A stretch of 64,000 nucleotides of DNA from Podarcis tiliguerta (taxonomy: Eukaryota): assembly GCA_965153285.1 (NCBI GenBank), contig OZ229118.1. One strand, 5' to 3'. Below the pieces are notes generated by a model, which was not told where the DNA came from, made no database searches, and was given only the letters and a program-made list of their open reading frames with translations. Position numbers and translations under genes: made by a program. The number at the start of each line of letters is the position of its first letter. The stretch's first letter is position 1. Positions 1-13,138 of the stretch are shown here, one piece after another.

Positions 1-394
1 TGGTTTTACACCAGTTAAAAGAAGTGAAGACATGTTGAAGATATGACATGAGTTCAAGTTTATCAATAGTCCACACACCTTCAAAGTTGACATGAGAATT
101 GTGTACAGGAACCTGCTGATAGTGCAGAGTATTTTGACCTACAATTCCTATTACCAAATCCACAAATTGCTTTTTTCAGACTCCTGAGAGTTTAGGAAAC
201 AGTCAGGGGGTACTGTGAAGGCAGTTGCTGAGAAGGAATATCTCATAGCAAAATTGAATGCATACACAGATACTGCATGTCAGATACTGCATATATACAG
301 TATACACACACTCAACACACACACCCTGCCTTTCAACATGTATTTGGTAAGTGGTATGTCTTAATTTTGTAAGTTGTGTTCATTTACTTTTTGT

Positions 395-428
<34 letters not shown>
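395..428. repeat. (AGAA)n microsatellite
   Basis: About 8 perfect AGAA units, followed by an AAT-rich low-complexity stretch to ~500. Confidence 0.9.
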
Positions 429-880
429 GCGTCTATAATAACTTCAGATAATAATAATTCTCAAAATAATAAAATAATAAAATAATAATAAAATAATAAT
501 TCTCAAAGCAGCTTACAAAAAACTGAAACCTACAATATGCAAATTTCAAAATATAAATTAAACTTCAGGTTAGAACAACATTGATGGTGTAAAGGCCTCC
601 TGAAATAAAACTGTTTCACTTGGCACCTGAAACTTAGCAGACATAGTGCCTGCATGGGATATTTCCTTTTAGGGGTGGAAATATTTAGCAAGTTGGGAAA
701 TATTCTATGGACCCTTGGGAAGTTATGATTAATTATTTTCAGTTCCTTTAATGATAAAATTTGATTTTAATTTGAGGGCTAAGGATTTATTGCATTGAGA
801 ATATGTAGGGATTGTTCTTTAAAACCAAGTAATTAAGATTATATTAATGTTTTTGGTTTTTTCCACCTGTACATTTTTAG

Positions 881-979
881 AAAGGATTCACACCTCTGCA
901 TGTGGCAGCTAAATATGGAAGCATTGATGTGGCAAAACTCCTGCTGCAGCGCCGTGCATCTCCTGATTCATCTGGAAAG
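881..979 (+). CDS. ANK2: ANK2 exon, ankyrin repeat (~17), 99 nt
   Basis: ttttag|AAAGGA...GGAAAG|gtaggg; [33 protein letters not shown]. Confidence 0.95.
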
Positions 980-2298
980 GTAGGGATTAGTGTCTGAATT
1001 TGCTTTTCCCAGTCAATACTGTTAATAATTTTCCATTGCAGTTATTAGAAGTAGCTCTTATTTATATATTAGTTTTTTATACATTAATATAAATAAAATG
1101 CAACTGATGATCCCAAGAGTGTCATAAATTAATTTTTGACACCAAAAAGGACTTGTATGTGCAGAAGTGTGGTTAACAAACACTGAAATATCATGAGCAT
1201 TGCAGAAAACAAATCTGAAATATTATATTAGTCAATTAATGACATGCAGTTGACAGACAAATTTTATTCCACAATTGTAGAATTAGGTAACAAATCAGGA
1301 ACTTATATGGGGAAATGGTTAAGAGACTCAGGGCAGGAATTAAATACAGCAGAAAGTAGCTGGATAGGGGTTAATTTTTTTAGCAAGAATGATATCCATA
1401 GTTCTGAAATTATTTTTTAAAAAAACTTTTAATCAATAGTATCGAACTCCATATAAACTAAGTCAAATCTATCCAAATACACAAAGCAGTTATCGGAGAT
1501 GTAATAGCCTTCAAGCAGATTTCATGCATGCATCTTAGCACTGTCTAATTATTCATATGGAACACTTTGCACAATCTTATTGTAAAAGTTTTGGTTTATT
1601 GCCAGCACTGCTGGTCCCAAGTCAAATTTCCTACTCACTCTCCACAATATCTGTAGGTAAAGCTTCTCCATGTTTCTCTGCCAGCTACAGCTGATTATGT
1701 GCAATAGTGGCAGGGAATGAAATCAGAGCAAGTTGAACTAGATAGCACACAGCAGGTGGGAGAGAACTTGATAGGGCTACCATTTTCAGCAGAGTTCGTG
1801 TTCTCTGTAATGTAAATTTTTGTTCTGATTACATAAACATGTAATTCCACATTGACTTCTCAGTAGTGAGTCTGGTAGGATAAAAGTACAGTGATATGGA
1901 TCAAGTCCCCCCCCCCCAACTTGACAAATGATTCTGTTGGTAAGACTGAATTATATTGTTTTACTCCATTCTGTAATTCATATTTGAGCCTCATTAGCCT
2001 ACAGGGCATAGTAGTGTGGTTAAAGTTGTAAAATAGATAAACTAGGGCAATTTAAATTAATTCTTAATAGCCTATCCCCTTTCAAAGCAAAGCCCCTTAA
2101 CTAATGATTTCTTTAATGCCCTTTCTGTTCCTAAGCAACTTTTCTAATATGAAAATAATTCACCCTGAGTTTGATGTTTATGTTGTGCTGTTATCAGTCA
2201 ATCGCTTCTTATTTAACATATTTTTTTTGTAATGTAACGGTAGCTTGAAGCAGAGCTAACCATCACTTAATGCCATAACATAAACCCGCCCTTTCCAG

Positions 2299-2397
2299 AA
2301 TGGCCTCACCCCCCTCCATGTTGCTGCTCATTACGACAACCAGAAGGTGGCCCTACTGTTGCTGGAGAAAGGTTCTTCCCCCCATGCTACTGCCAAG
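2299..2397 (+). CDS. ANK2: ANK2 exon, ankyrin repeat (~18), 99 nt
   Basis: ttccag|AATGGC...GCCAAG|gtgaga; [33 protein letters not shown]. Confidence 0.95.
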
Positions 2398-2845
2398 GTG
2401 AGATTTCCCATTCCATTCCAGACTGTTTCCTTGGAGTTCTGACAGTATAGGTGATGCTTATCTGTTTTTATCTATGAAATAGTTACATTAAAATTGCATA
2501 CTGTCTAACAGAAGTAGACCTTTAAGCTTTAGGGGGAAATCTCCAGGGACTGACAGGATTTAAGAAAAGCCATTGCATGGTCCTGTTCTTGAATAATGTG
2601 CAAACCTTTGAGGATTTCACTACTGACTGGTGTCACAAAAATATCCCATGCTCCTGTGATCTGACACAAGAATCCCTGGCTGATTTCTTGCTTGCTGAAG
2701 AATATTCCTCCCTTAGGTGGAAGATTTAGACTCAGTAAAAGTAAGAAAAGAATGGTCATTTTCTGGAGAAATAATGAATTGATATTTATTGTGAAAGAAA
2801 ACAGACATTACAAATAGATATTAATTCAAAGCAACTGGTTTTTAG

Positions 2846-3043
2846 AATGGATATACCCCTCTACATATTGCTGCTAAGAAGAATCAGATGCAAATAGCCA
2901 CAACCCTGCTGAACTATGGAGCAGAGACCAATATTTTGACCAAACAAGGAGTGACTCCACTTCACCTGGCCTCTCAGGAAGGTCATGCTGACCTGGTGAA
3001 CTTACTTTTGGAGAAAGGAGCTAATATCCACGTGGCCACAAAG
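2846..3043 (+). CDS. ANK2: ANK2 exon, two ankyrin repeats (~19-20), 198 nt
   Basis: ttttag|AATGGA...ACAAAG|gtaatg; [66 protein letters not shown]. Confidence 0.95.
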
Positions 3044-3699
3044 GTAATGCCTTCTTGTTAATGGAAATAAACCCACCTAATGCTATCTGGAAAATGAAAG
3101 AAGGGATAGTATTGTGACACAGTTAACAAAAACGTATTATTGTATGTTGAATATGCAAAAACAGATAAATATGTTTCTATCCCCATAAAATCTGGATAGT
3201 AGAAGCTTTCTAAAACGCTTGCTTGGTTTTTGGTCCTGTACCTAGGCAGTTCTCATGGCATGGTTCTCTGCCTATAGAATACAGAGGAGTTTTTCATGCA
3301 TTTATTATGTTGGTGCTGCGATGTTGTTGGTGTGACTGTGGGAGTTGGTCAGTTGTGTAGGGAGATCTGTTCTTGGAAGGTTTCGTTCATTCTTGAGAGG
3401 AAGGCCCCAAAGGATTGTGATGGACATTTGCTCATTGTCCTCATAGGATGTTCTTCAAGATGTTCTCCTGTTCAATATGTGTATGAGGCCCCTGGCCATA
3501 GCATTCAGTGCTATCAGTTCTCTCATGCTATCCAACTCCACCTTTGGCATTCATCTTCTTCACATCTATGCTTGCTGCTCTTTCATTTTGGGCCATAATT
3601 GGGGATTGGCTGTGAGTGAGCTTCCTAGAATTAAATCTAGTCATGGCGGATGTGATAGACAGAATGATAGCTGGCAGTCTTTCTGACTTGTAAGTGATT

Positions 3700-3903
3700 A
3701 AGATTCCTTCCATTGATGGGATTCAGGCCCCCTGGTAGCACTAGTTCACAGCCTCAGGATGTTCATGGTGAGAAGACATCTTCTCTTCAATGAAGACATA
3801 GCTACTGCCATGCATGCCTTTGTATGCCTGAGGCTTGACTGTGGTAATAGGTTTTATGTTTGGTTGCTGCTGATGCTGTCTCAGAAGGTTCAGCTGTTGC
3901 AAA
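3700..3903 (+). mobile_element. Degenerate L2 LINE ORF2 fragment
   Basis: catgcctttgt...aggcttgactgtggtaat...cagaaggttcagctgttgcaaa resembles the L2 HAxxxSRLDYCN...KLQLVQN region; boundaries approximate. Confidence 0.5.
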
Positions 3904-3953
3904 TACTCCTGTATCTATAATACAATAAAGGACTGTTTATATTTAATTTACAG

Positions 3954-4052
3954 AGTGGATTGACATCTTTACATTTGGCAGCTCAAGAAGATAAAGTGAA
4001 TGTAGCAGATATCCTGATAAAACATGGGGCAAACAAAGATGCCCAGACTAAG
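3954..4052 (+). CDS. ANK2: ANK2 exon, ankyrin repeat (~21), 99 nt
   Basis: ttacag|AGTGGA...ACTAAG|gtatat; [33 protein letters not shown]. Confidence 0.95.
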
Positions 4053-4153
4053 GTATATCAGTAACTTCCAAGATGATAAAATAAATTTCCAGTGTGATAT
4101 CATATTCACTACTTATTTTTTTGTGGTTTTTTTGGGTTGCTTTTTATTTGTAG

Positions 4154-4252
4154 CTGGGTTACAGTCCATTAATAGTGGCTTGTCACTATGGGAACATCAA
4201 GATGGTCAACTTTCTCCTGAAGCAGGGAGCTAACGTCAATGCAAAGACAAAG
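4154..4252 (+). CDS. ANK2: ANK2 exon, ankyrin repeat (~22), 99 nt
   Basis: ttgtag|CTGGGT...ACAAAG|gtaaac; [33 protein letters not shown]; preceded by a 101-nt intron. Confidence 0.95.
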
Positions 4253-6090
4253 GTAAACATTTGTTCATAATTTCCTCTCCCCCTCCCCTTTGCTGCTTTG
4301 CAAACATGTGATGGTAATTTGCACTTCGTATTTTAACTGTTCCAGGGAAGTATGCTGAAAGCAGAATGTGGTTCTCATTGACTGTAGCCAGTTTGGTCAA
4401 AATTGCAATGCAGTACTCAGTAAGCCAAGCTGAGAACCATTAATAATTTGTTTGTGGACTAGGGACAAATGTGCATGTATGAGAAGCAGGCACAGATGAT
4501 CACTCATGTGGATTTCAATTTTCAGATTATTTTGTTATAAAATGGAAGCAGAATAAAGATCCAGAGACTTTTGCTTTGATGTGATTTTTCTGAAACACAT
4601 CTTGATTCAAGCAGGCCTTCATCAATGATGAATACAAGTTTTAAAGTGGTCTTGTATATAAGCCATAGCTGATAAGGAATTGTGTGCAGTTGACTGAGCA
4701 GGTCGGCAGGAAAGGAACATTCTGCCCTCCTCTGCTCCTAGCATGGAAATCTCTGGACTACCAGAGGAGGGAAGCCCCGTCCTCTAAACCCAGCAAAGAA
4801 ATCTAGTGGGCTGATGCAAGAATGCCAGAACTCTCTGACAACCCTCTGGACAAGATAAGATGTTCAGTTGACTTACATGGCCTTTGTCCCACAATGCAGC
4901 CATAAGGGGCAAGCAGTGAATCTTAACTGCAGTTTCTACCCCTTCCCAGTTCTTTCCTTTACATTCCAACTGGCTTTCAGCATAAGTGCAGTTTTTTTTA
5001 AAGTTGCATTCTGCAGCTGAAAGTTTTGAAGTCCCTCTATAGGAAAAAGAACACCTCGTTCCCATGCTTCTAAGAGATAGATACATACTTTGAAAATCTA
5101 GCAAAAGGAAGCTGCTTTTTTAACTGAGTGAATCCATACATCTGGCTGCCAGTTAGTCTGGAAAGGAGTTGGGGTTTTGTTTTGTTTTAAAATGTCCTCT
5201 GCTATATGGAAACATAAAAGATAAGATGCACCAATTTTGAATATACTTCTCTTTAAATTGCATCCAAGACATTCAGTTAAGTTTGGCACATGATGTGTTA
5301 TTAGCAAGAAGAGTTTTATAGTTTGCTGTTTTACTGTAATAAGTTCCTCCCCTTTCTGAAAAAATTCATTTCAGCAGTTTACTGTGTGGCCTTAAGAATG
5401 GCTGGATTGGAAATGTTGTGGCATTGCCTCTGTCTCTAAATGTTCTGTCTCACCCAGTGTTATATTTAGCTGAAGTTGCTTTTAGAACACAAGCCTGCTT
5501 TAGGAAATATAGGCGGCATATAAGAAGAGAAAATGGAAAAATGAATTTCTAACCAAATGTTAGTTTACTTTGAAGCCTGTGTTAGCTTTTTCTTCATGGA
5601 TCTGCTATATTACACTCTGAAATCTCCAAGAAAAATAAATCAATTGGATGATCAACAAGGGTTTGTGTGATGTATTGCTCATACTTCTCTTCCAGTGACT
5701 AGCCCATAGAAAAGCATGGAGGGGAAGTTGTGAACAGTTTTAAAGAATATAAAAACTTCACAAACTTCCATGGCATCACTAGTCTTTACTTAATGACTGC
5801 TTTGTCCTATAAGCTTTGACCCATTGATTAATTTCTCCCCACCTCCCTTTTTCTAAACCTTAATATAGATCTGGTAGCTATTACTTGCCTTTAGTTATTA
5901 ATGGTGAAAGAATAATTTTCCATAAAATGTATTAATAATGAAAATTGCAATATCCAAACAGATATGATTGTAAGGTTGCCAGCAATTATGAGTTATACCT
6001 TCATTAAAATAATCTAGGGAATATGCAAATATATATATTGATGTTGCTGTTTTTACCTCCCCTAAATGTGTGAACTACCACTAACTACAG

Positions 6091-6189
6091 AATGGGTACA
6101 CTCCTCTGCATCAAGCTGCTCAACAAGGTCACACACACATCATCAATGTTCTTCTCCAACATGGGGCCAAACCAAATGCAATCACTGCG
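6091..6189 (+). CDS. ANK2: ANK2 exon, ankyrin repeat (~23), 99 nt
   Basis: ctacag|AATGGG...ACTGCG|gtaagc; [33 protein letters not shown]. Confidence 0.95.
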
Positions 6190-6895
6190 GTAAGCATGGT
6201 ATTGCCACACTGTTTCCTTCATTTCATGGTGTAGTTTTCTCTTTCTGGTTCTGTGTTTTAGGCTAATGATAATAAAGCACCCACCATACCATCCAGCATA
6301 GGGAAAGAGTAGCGCCTAATTTATTATCTTAGATTGTTTCCTGATTGGCTGTGACACAATAGTGTGTATCCATTTCCTCAAAGAATAAGAGTATGGTATA
6401 ATTTCACTGATAGCCACTTTCCCCCAGTGTGTGACTAAAGGTTAGACTCAGTGAAAGTATAACATCAAAACAACCTGGAGACTGTATTCCATTCAAAAGA
6501 GGATGAGACCTGATTGTTGGGATCAGTTCTGAAATCTGTTCCTTCAAAGAGTTTCAGAGGAACATGAAGGGAGGCAGAGGTGCCAGCTTGAAAGGGCGAT
6601 GGGGGGGGGCGCAATGTCATGTGCCTGACATCAGGACGTCAGGAGGAGCTGGGGCAGAATCAAACATAGCATCTGCACAGCTTCAATGGTTGGTGGCTCC
6701 TCTCCTGGTGCCACCACAAGTGGGAAGCTGCTTTGATTCACCTCCGCGGCAGAGGGAGAAAGAGAAGGAGCTGGCCGTTGGAGCTGTGCCATGCTGTGCT
6801 TGGCTCCACACTTCACCTCTGTGCTTTTTGGACATGGGGGGGAAGCTCCCACCCAAAAATATTTGAGGGGGCAAAAGGGGTCAGCCCCCAGGAAC

Positions 6896-7231
6896 CAGTG
6901 GCGTAGCGTGGGTTGTCAGCACCCGGGGCAAGGCAAGTAATTTGCGCCCCCTAACCCGGGGCAAGGCAAGTAATTTGCGCCCCTCCCCCACTGCACTGTC
7001 CCACCCCCAGATAGTCCATCGCTCGCTCTCCGCACCGCACCGCACACCTGGCACCCTCCCCTCCACAGTGGGCGGTGACCGGCGGCTCGGATCGGATTCG
7101 CACAGCCAGCACTGCAGTGAGAGAGAGTGAGTGAGCCAGGTAGGGGAAGAGAGCTGCGAGTGCGAGCGTGCCCCCCCCAGATGTTGCGCCCGGTGCGGCC
7201 GGCCCCCCCGCACCCCCACGCTACGCCACTG
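6896..7231. mobile_element. Non-autonomous hAT DNA transposon (MITE), 336 bp
   Basis: Perfect 17-bp TIRs CAGTGGCGTAGCGTGGG / CCCACGCTACGCCACTG; perfect 8-bp TSD CCAGGAAC (6888-6895 and 7232-7239); CpG-rich interior. Confidence 0.92.
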
Positions 7232-7943
7232 CCAGGAACTGGTGCTCCTATAGGAAGATGGTCAACTTCAGAAGGTGGTTGACATTGGAAACCGTGGCTT
7301 CTCAGGTTAAGAATGACCACTTATTTGATCAGTTGCAGCCCAGCGCAGCAGCCCCACAAACCACCAGAGGGCAAATTGGCTTTCTATGTAGCCTGACTAA
7401 AACTGAGATGAAACAGTGCCCTATTTCTCACATAGAATAGAAAAGCTTTCTGTTTGCAGGGAGGTTAGTGTTGCATCAAATTAAGTGTCATCCCACTACA
7501 TTTTCCAGTCACCCTCCTTATCGCAAAAAAGTCCAATCTTTTGGGGAAACGGGTTGATGTGCAAGACTTGTCAGTCAACAATAATGGCACAACCCGAATT
7601 TGTTGGTGTATGACTAAATTTTAGCTGAAAATAGCAACAATCTAGAAGCTCCTCCAGCCAAAAATCAACATATGAGAAATCAAAATTTGGTGCTGAAACT
7701 GCACTGGGGGGGGGGGTGTAGTTAAGTATTCTTAGATGGCAAGTGTTTGCACAGTTTAGATTTTCCTAGGAAATATTTCTCATTCTCCCTGAAAATACTA
7801 AAAATGAAAACTGAAATTGAAGGACATTTGGTACAGCCCCAAACATAACACAAATTAGTGGTGCTACATTTGGATTAAATATATTTTGTTCACCCAAATA
7901 GAAATTGAAGCATATAATTGCTGAATATTCTATCCCACCAGTC

Positions 7944-8048
7944 TAGGGATAGCCAATGCAGTTTCCTTCATATGCTGTTGGACTACAATTCCCACCAGGG
8001 ATTAAGGGAGCTGTAGTTCAACAACATCTGGAGGGCATCCTGTTGGCA
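7944..8048. mobile_element. Degenerate palindromic MITE (same family as 16455-16592)
   Basis: tgttggactacaattccc...gggagctgtagttcaacaacatctggagggc inverted arms. Confidence 0.6.
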
Positions 8049-8542
8049 GTGGCATTTATATATTGAATTTTAAATACAGTCTCTGATTTGTTTTGCCTTG
8101 CCTAGGTTTTTTCCCCTGTTGCACCATTTGCATGAATCATCTCATCTTTCTATTTTTCAAGTGGAGCCTCTTAAGCTATTTATTAATTAAGTTGTTCTCA
8201 ATTAAAAACATGTTTGGTAAAATTAATCAGGAGTTTCAGCAAAGCCAGATTTTATAAATTGTAATATAGAAAGTTGTGGGTTAAACCATTAAAAGCAGTA
8301 GATTTTTATGAAGTGTAATAGGCAGATGTTCTGTGTGTTTTGTTACCATGGCAATTGGGGCTGTAGTCTGAGCAAAGTTGCAAAGAGAGATTCAGATTTA
8401 ACAGTAAAGCACACTGATTTTCCTAAGCGAATGCCTTGTTTTGGATGGAAATGCTGGCTCATTCAGTGCAGGGTGTGATCTCATTGGTTCATATCATAAT
8501 CCTCCCTCTCCTTCTCCTTCTCTCCCTCTTTTCTCCTTTCAG

Positions 8543-8641
8543 AATGGCAACACTGCTTTAGCAATTGCTAAGCGTCTGGGATATATCTCAGTGGTTGATA
8601 CATTAAAGGTTGTAACCGAGGAAGTGATTACCACCACAACT
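8543..8641 (+). CDS. ANK2: ANK2 exon, last ankyrin repeat (~24), 99 nt
   Basis: tttcag|AATGGC...ACAACT|gtgagt; [33 protein letters not shown]. Confidence 0.95.
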
Positions 8642-10365
8642 GTGAGTATCACCAGCCTTATCTTCTATTCTTTATTGGGGGGGGGGGGGCATTTCTGTTC
8701 TTAGTTATTTTTTATTCTGTTTTTCCTTTCTTATTTTATCATTTTAGAAGTATAATTTAAATGTAGCAATTATTTTTCAGTTTTTGTAGACAGTACCCAT
8801 GGACATCTAGCTGTGGAAATGATAATTTATTTATGCATACCATAAAATATTTTAAGATGGTCTTGTGTAGCTTATATGCCTTGCATCTCCAAAAGATCCA
8901 ATTGGATGCCATGCCAAGTCCTCATTTTGTGTTCCATGTTCTTGGCTATCTCTTATTTGCTGCCCTTTCTGATGCTGCAGAATGAGACTTAAACACTGTA
9001 AATGAGTGCAGGTGCCTGCTGCTCACCACTCTATTTGGTTGTTGCTAAACTTTGTGCTACTTTATCATTTTTGTCCACAAGTTACTTGCAGCAGAATCCT
9101 TGAGTTTAAACCCTGCTGCTATTTGGTGAAGTTCGTGAGACTAAAATATTTAAAATTGTCTTGCTTAACTGGGTTGAACATACCCCAAATTACCATGATG
9201 TAAAACTGTGAGTCATATTCATCTGCTTTAACTTTGAACAGGAAAATTCACTCTCACGTCAGGCTTAATGGGTCTTGGTTGAATTCAAATTAGCTATAAT
9301 GCCATTAGAAGATACTTCATTTATTTAGGAGATTTTTCCTGTCCTCCCTCACCCTTGACCTCAGGGCAGGTAACAATATATATCATAATAATAGTGTACA
9401 TGAGGAACAGATAGAAGCAATTAAAATGCATAAACCACACAAAAACTACAGACAGGTCCATAAAATCCCCAAACGGCAGAGTTTCTTTGCTGACTACAGA
9501 AGGATAACAGCATAGGCACCAGCCAAATGGCCACAGAGAGGGTCTGTTCTCATGCTACCAGCCTTGGATGTGAGAAATCAGAAAGAGCATCTCATTCAGA
9601 TCTGAAGAGGAGGGACAATTCCAGGTGCTCCTTCAGGTACTGGAATCCTGAGTCTCGGAGGGCCTACACATTGAATTGCACTTCCACCTTTGGCCTGCTT
9701 AGAACTGGCATGCCTAGCCCATGAAGTACGTATCCATCCATTGCTAACGTGAGTGCTGAAGGTATCCTAATTTAGTGCTGAAGTATCTACAGTTAGACTT
9801 TTTTCTGCACCTTTTGTCTCTGCTTGTCTGTGGTTCGCTTATCTAAAAGAGCATGAGATACCTTTCTAGTGTGTTATAGAGACCAAGCAGAAAATCAGTA
9901 AACCTGAGATTTGGCTATGTATCATTTTCCAAAGGACCCCTAGTGTACAAATGGCACAAGAAGTGTAGTAGCGGCAAGGGAAATTAGTATGAGGCATGTT
10001 CCAAGCCAGGCTTTTTGCCATGAGTGCACACTGAGAGTGCATGCACCCTGCTGACAACTAGAGGGCTGTTCCCTAAGCAACACTCCTTGTGCTATTCATA
10101 GAAGGACATTTCTCCTAACTTATTGACTAGAGTATGCATAGTGGGCATCTATTGTTATATATTTATTTAGAATCTTTGTAACTCATTTTTTATTTTGTAC
10201 TTTGATATACTGATGCATAGTTCATTTATCGTTTTTTACATTGATCCGATTTCCATTTCCAGAGCATGTGGGGACCTTACACCTTTTGTGCATTTGTGTA
10301 ATGTCAACCTAGAATCTTTAGTCAGTCATATTGTTTTTTTGCAAGTATGCATTAGACATTTTGTT

Positions 10366-10545
10366 TATTTGCTTTTATAGCTCACATTTTTCCTCTAAGA
10401 AGCTCAAGGTGGCATACATGGTTCTCCCCCTCCTCATTTAATCCTCTACCCTCCGAGGTAGGTTAGGCTGAGAGGCAGTGACTCACCCACTATCGAGTGG
10501 GGATTTGAACCCTGGTCTCTCAGATCCTATTCCGACATTCTAACC
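10366..10545 (-). mobile_element. MIR/CORE-like tRNA-derived SINE
   Basis: cctcatttaatcct...gaggtaggttaggctgagag...ggatttgaaccctggtct (reverse B-box) with an L2-like tail. Confidence 0.6.
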
Positions 10546-12034
10546 CCAATCCCATGCAAGGGACTCAAGAACTTAAACATCAGAGTTTTACATAGATTTC
10601 GGCAATTCCCATTAAACTGAAGATTGGTTCTGGACCTCGAACAATGTCCAGATGTGTGAGTGAAAGCAATTTTGTTTTTGCAATGCAAGATTACAGTAAG
10701 TCTCAGATGTTATGTTCTGAGAAAGATAGAATCAAAATGGTTTGTTGGGAATTATAAATAGAGGGAGCTATGGGTTATTAATGAGATGTAGGCAGTAGGA
10801 AGACTTGAACTGGGCACGGAAAAAGCCCAAACAAACTGCAAAAAGAAGAATGACTCTTTATATCTGTTCATAAGAAACAGCCACTGCTGGTTTGAGATTC
10901 ATTTTTCATTGGATTTCACTTCATACTCACAAAAAATACATTAATGATTACTGTGATAACTGCAGCTGCTGGTAGTAGTATTGCAGAGTACTGTTCTGTG
11001 CCAGTCTCCTCACCCCTCCCTCTCTCCTTCCCTGTAAACAGCAACAACACACCTGCCAGGATGCTATGGTTGCCCTTCCACCCCACTGGGCAAGCTGCTA
11101 TTGACTGTACTATTTAAGAGCCTATTTTAAGAAAATAAATATGGTAACACCCTCTAGGAGAGGCTAGTTCTGAAGTTAGGAGGGAAATCCAATGAAAAAT
11201 GAATCTCAAACCAGCAGTGGCAGTAGAAGAAATATGTGGTGCAGATAACTGGATAGGCTGCCATTTTTATGAAGCATCTACAAATCCCAGTGATGGTAAA
11301 GTTTACATGGTGAATGTATACCACCATGAACAAATTTGTTATCCCCACTGTTTTGAGGAGGAAAGCTTAAAAAATTTCATCCTGACCCCAAATACACCTC
11401 CTGGTGGAACTCCATCATGTGGTTAGTAGGACAGACCACACGGCTTCTGACAGTTCCAGATAATCTTCCTCTGCATTCAATCAGCAATGTTAAGAGAACA
11501 GCTCAGATATTGTCTGAGCTTGAGCATTCATATTATTGCCCAGGCCCTTTTCCAGTTGAGAATAGAAGGTCCACTTCACCTTTGCTTTTACTCAGAAAAA
11601 CCCAGAAAACTCAAACATGCTACTTCCCGCTATACCACATATCACTTTGCAAGTAAGCATTTTACTTTCTTTCTGCTTTTAGGCAGTATCATTCCATCAG
11701 CAGGCTTTCCTTCTTTGAATGTAGTTGCTAACTCATTTCTTTGCTGCTGAAAAGAGAGATGTTGGAAACATATGCCCCGCAGTGTGCATTTAATCTATCT
11801 CGGCAGGCTTTGATTTCCCGCTGTTGTTTGACCTTTCTAATGAAGAAAAAAGTTTCTAGTTTTACAAAAGAAAAGCCATGTGACTTTTAAGCATTGTTGA
11901 GCAGAACTGTTGGGAAGAATGATGGGCTGTGCCTGCTGCCGATGGCTGCTAACCTGGCCCATAGTTCTGTAAAAGGATATTGTTCCCTTTAATTGTTTGG
12001 ATTGCTACTGGGGAATTTTTTTTTGGGGGGGGGT

Positions 12035-12260
12035 CGCTACTAGCCATGATGGCTCTACTCTGCCTCTGGTGTTGGAGGGATTATGCTTCTGAATACTAGT
12101 TGCTGGAAGTCACAGAAAGGGACAGGGCTCTCGTGCTCAGATCTTGGCTGCTGGGTTCTCAAAGGCATCGCTTGTACAGGTTACTGTATTTTAGTGTTTG
12201 TTGGAAGCAGTCCAGAGTGGCTGGGGAAACCCAGCCAGATGGGCGAGGTATAAATAATAA

Positions 12261-12301
<41 letters not shown>

Positions 12302-12381
12302 CGCCAGCTGGCCACTGTGAGAACCAGATGCTGGAATAGATGAGTCGTGGACCTGATCCAGAAGGCTTGTCTTATGTTCTT
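12035..12381 (+). mobile_element. CR1-type 3' end interrupted by a younger L2 3' tail (~12172-12300)
   Basis: Host ends ...ggccactgtgagaac...gatgctgga.tagatg...cctgatccag...cttatgttctt; insert ggaagcagtccagagtggctggggaaacccagccagatgggcgaggtataaataataaa(tta)n. Confidence 0.65.
12262..12300. repeat. (TTA)n microsatellite (LINE tail)
   Basis: About 13 TTA units. Confidence 0.9.
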
Positions 12382-13104
12382 AGGTGGTACTTCTTGATGG
12401 CACTTCTTGGTGATAGTATGCAGTCCCAAGGACAGGGGTATTTTTCCTCAGTCTCTTTATGAGTTTGTAGGTTTGAGTGACAGCAGTAGGCCTATTGCCC
12501 ACAAGCACGGCATTATGTGATTTGGGGAAAGTGTTTGTTATAGTATGAAACTGCTTCTAGGTATTCTTATTTCCTCAAGTTTCTCTCAAGTTGCCGGGCT
12601 CTCTGCATTTAATACATTGAGTAGGGGTAATGATTACTGAAGCAGTTTGTGCGCCAGTGTAATAACACTGTAATAACACCCTGTAATAATAGTTTTTTTA
12701 AGCTGCTGTTTCATTAGTATTGTTGCATAGTTTATAAGTACTTATAATCGTTGTCTTGTTGATTTGTTAATGATTGTATATGATTTGGTAAGGCCAACTT
12801 TTATTTGGCCCAGGCATTTTAATTGTGATGTTATCCACAGCCAAATGATTTTCCAAACTAGAACTTGTCCTTATATTGGATGCCATCATCATTCAACATG
12901 ATTCACGTTTGGCTGTGATGAGAACGCTGATATTTATAGAACATCTACATTTAAAGAAATACAGAAAACCAACAATATGCTCTGGTTTTGAGCACATTGG
13001 GCAGTGGACAGGATATTTGTATGTTAATGATTTTTTTATTTTTTGTTTTGTTACCTTTCAAATAAATATGTTCATTTTAAATGGATTTATTTTAATTTGA
13101 TGTG

Positions 13105-13106
<2 letters not shown>

Positions 13107-13137
<31 letters not shown>
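13107..13137. repeat. (AAT)n microsatellite
   Basis: About 10 perfect units. Confidence 0.9.
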
Positions 13138-13138
<1 letters not shown>

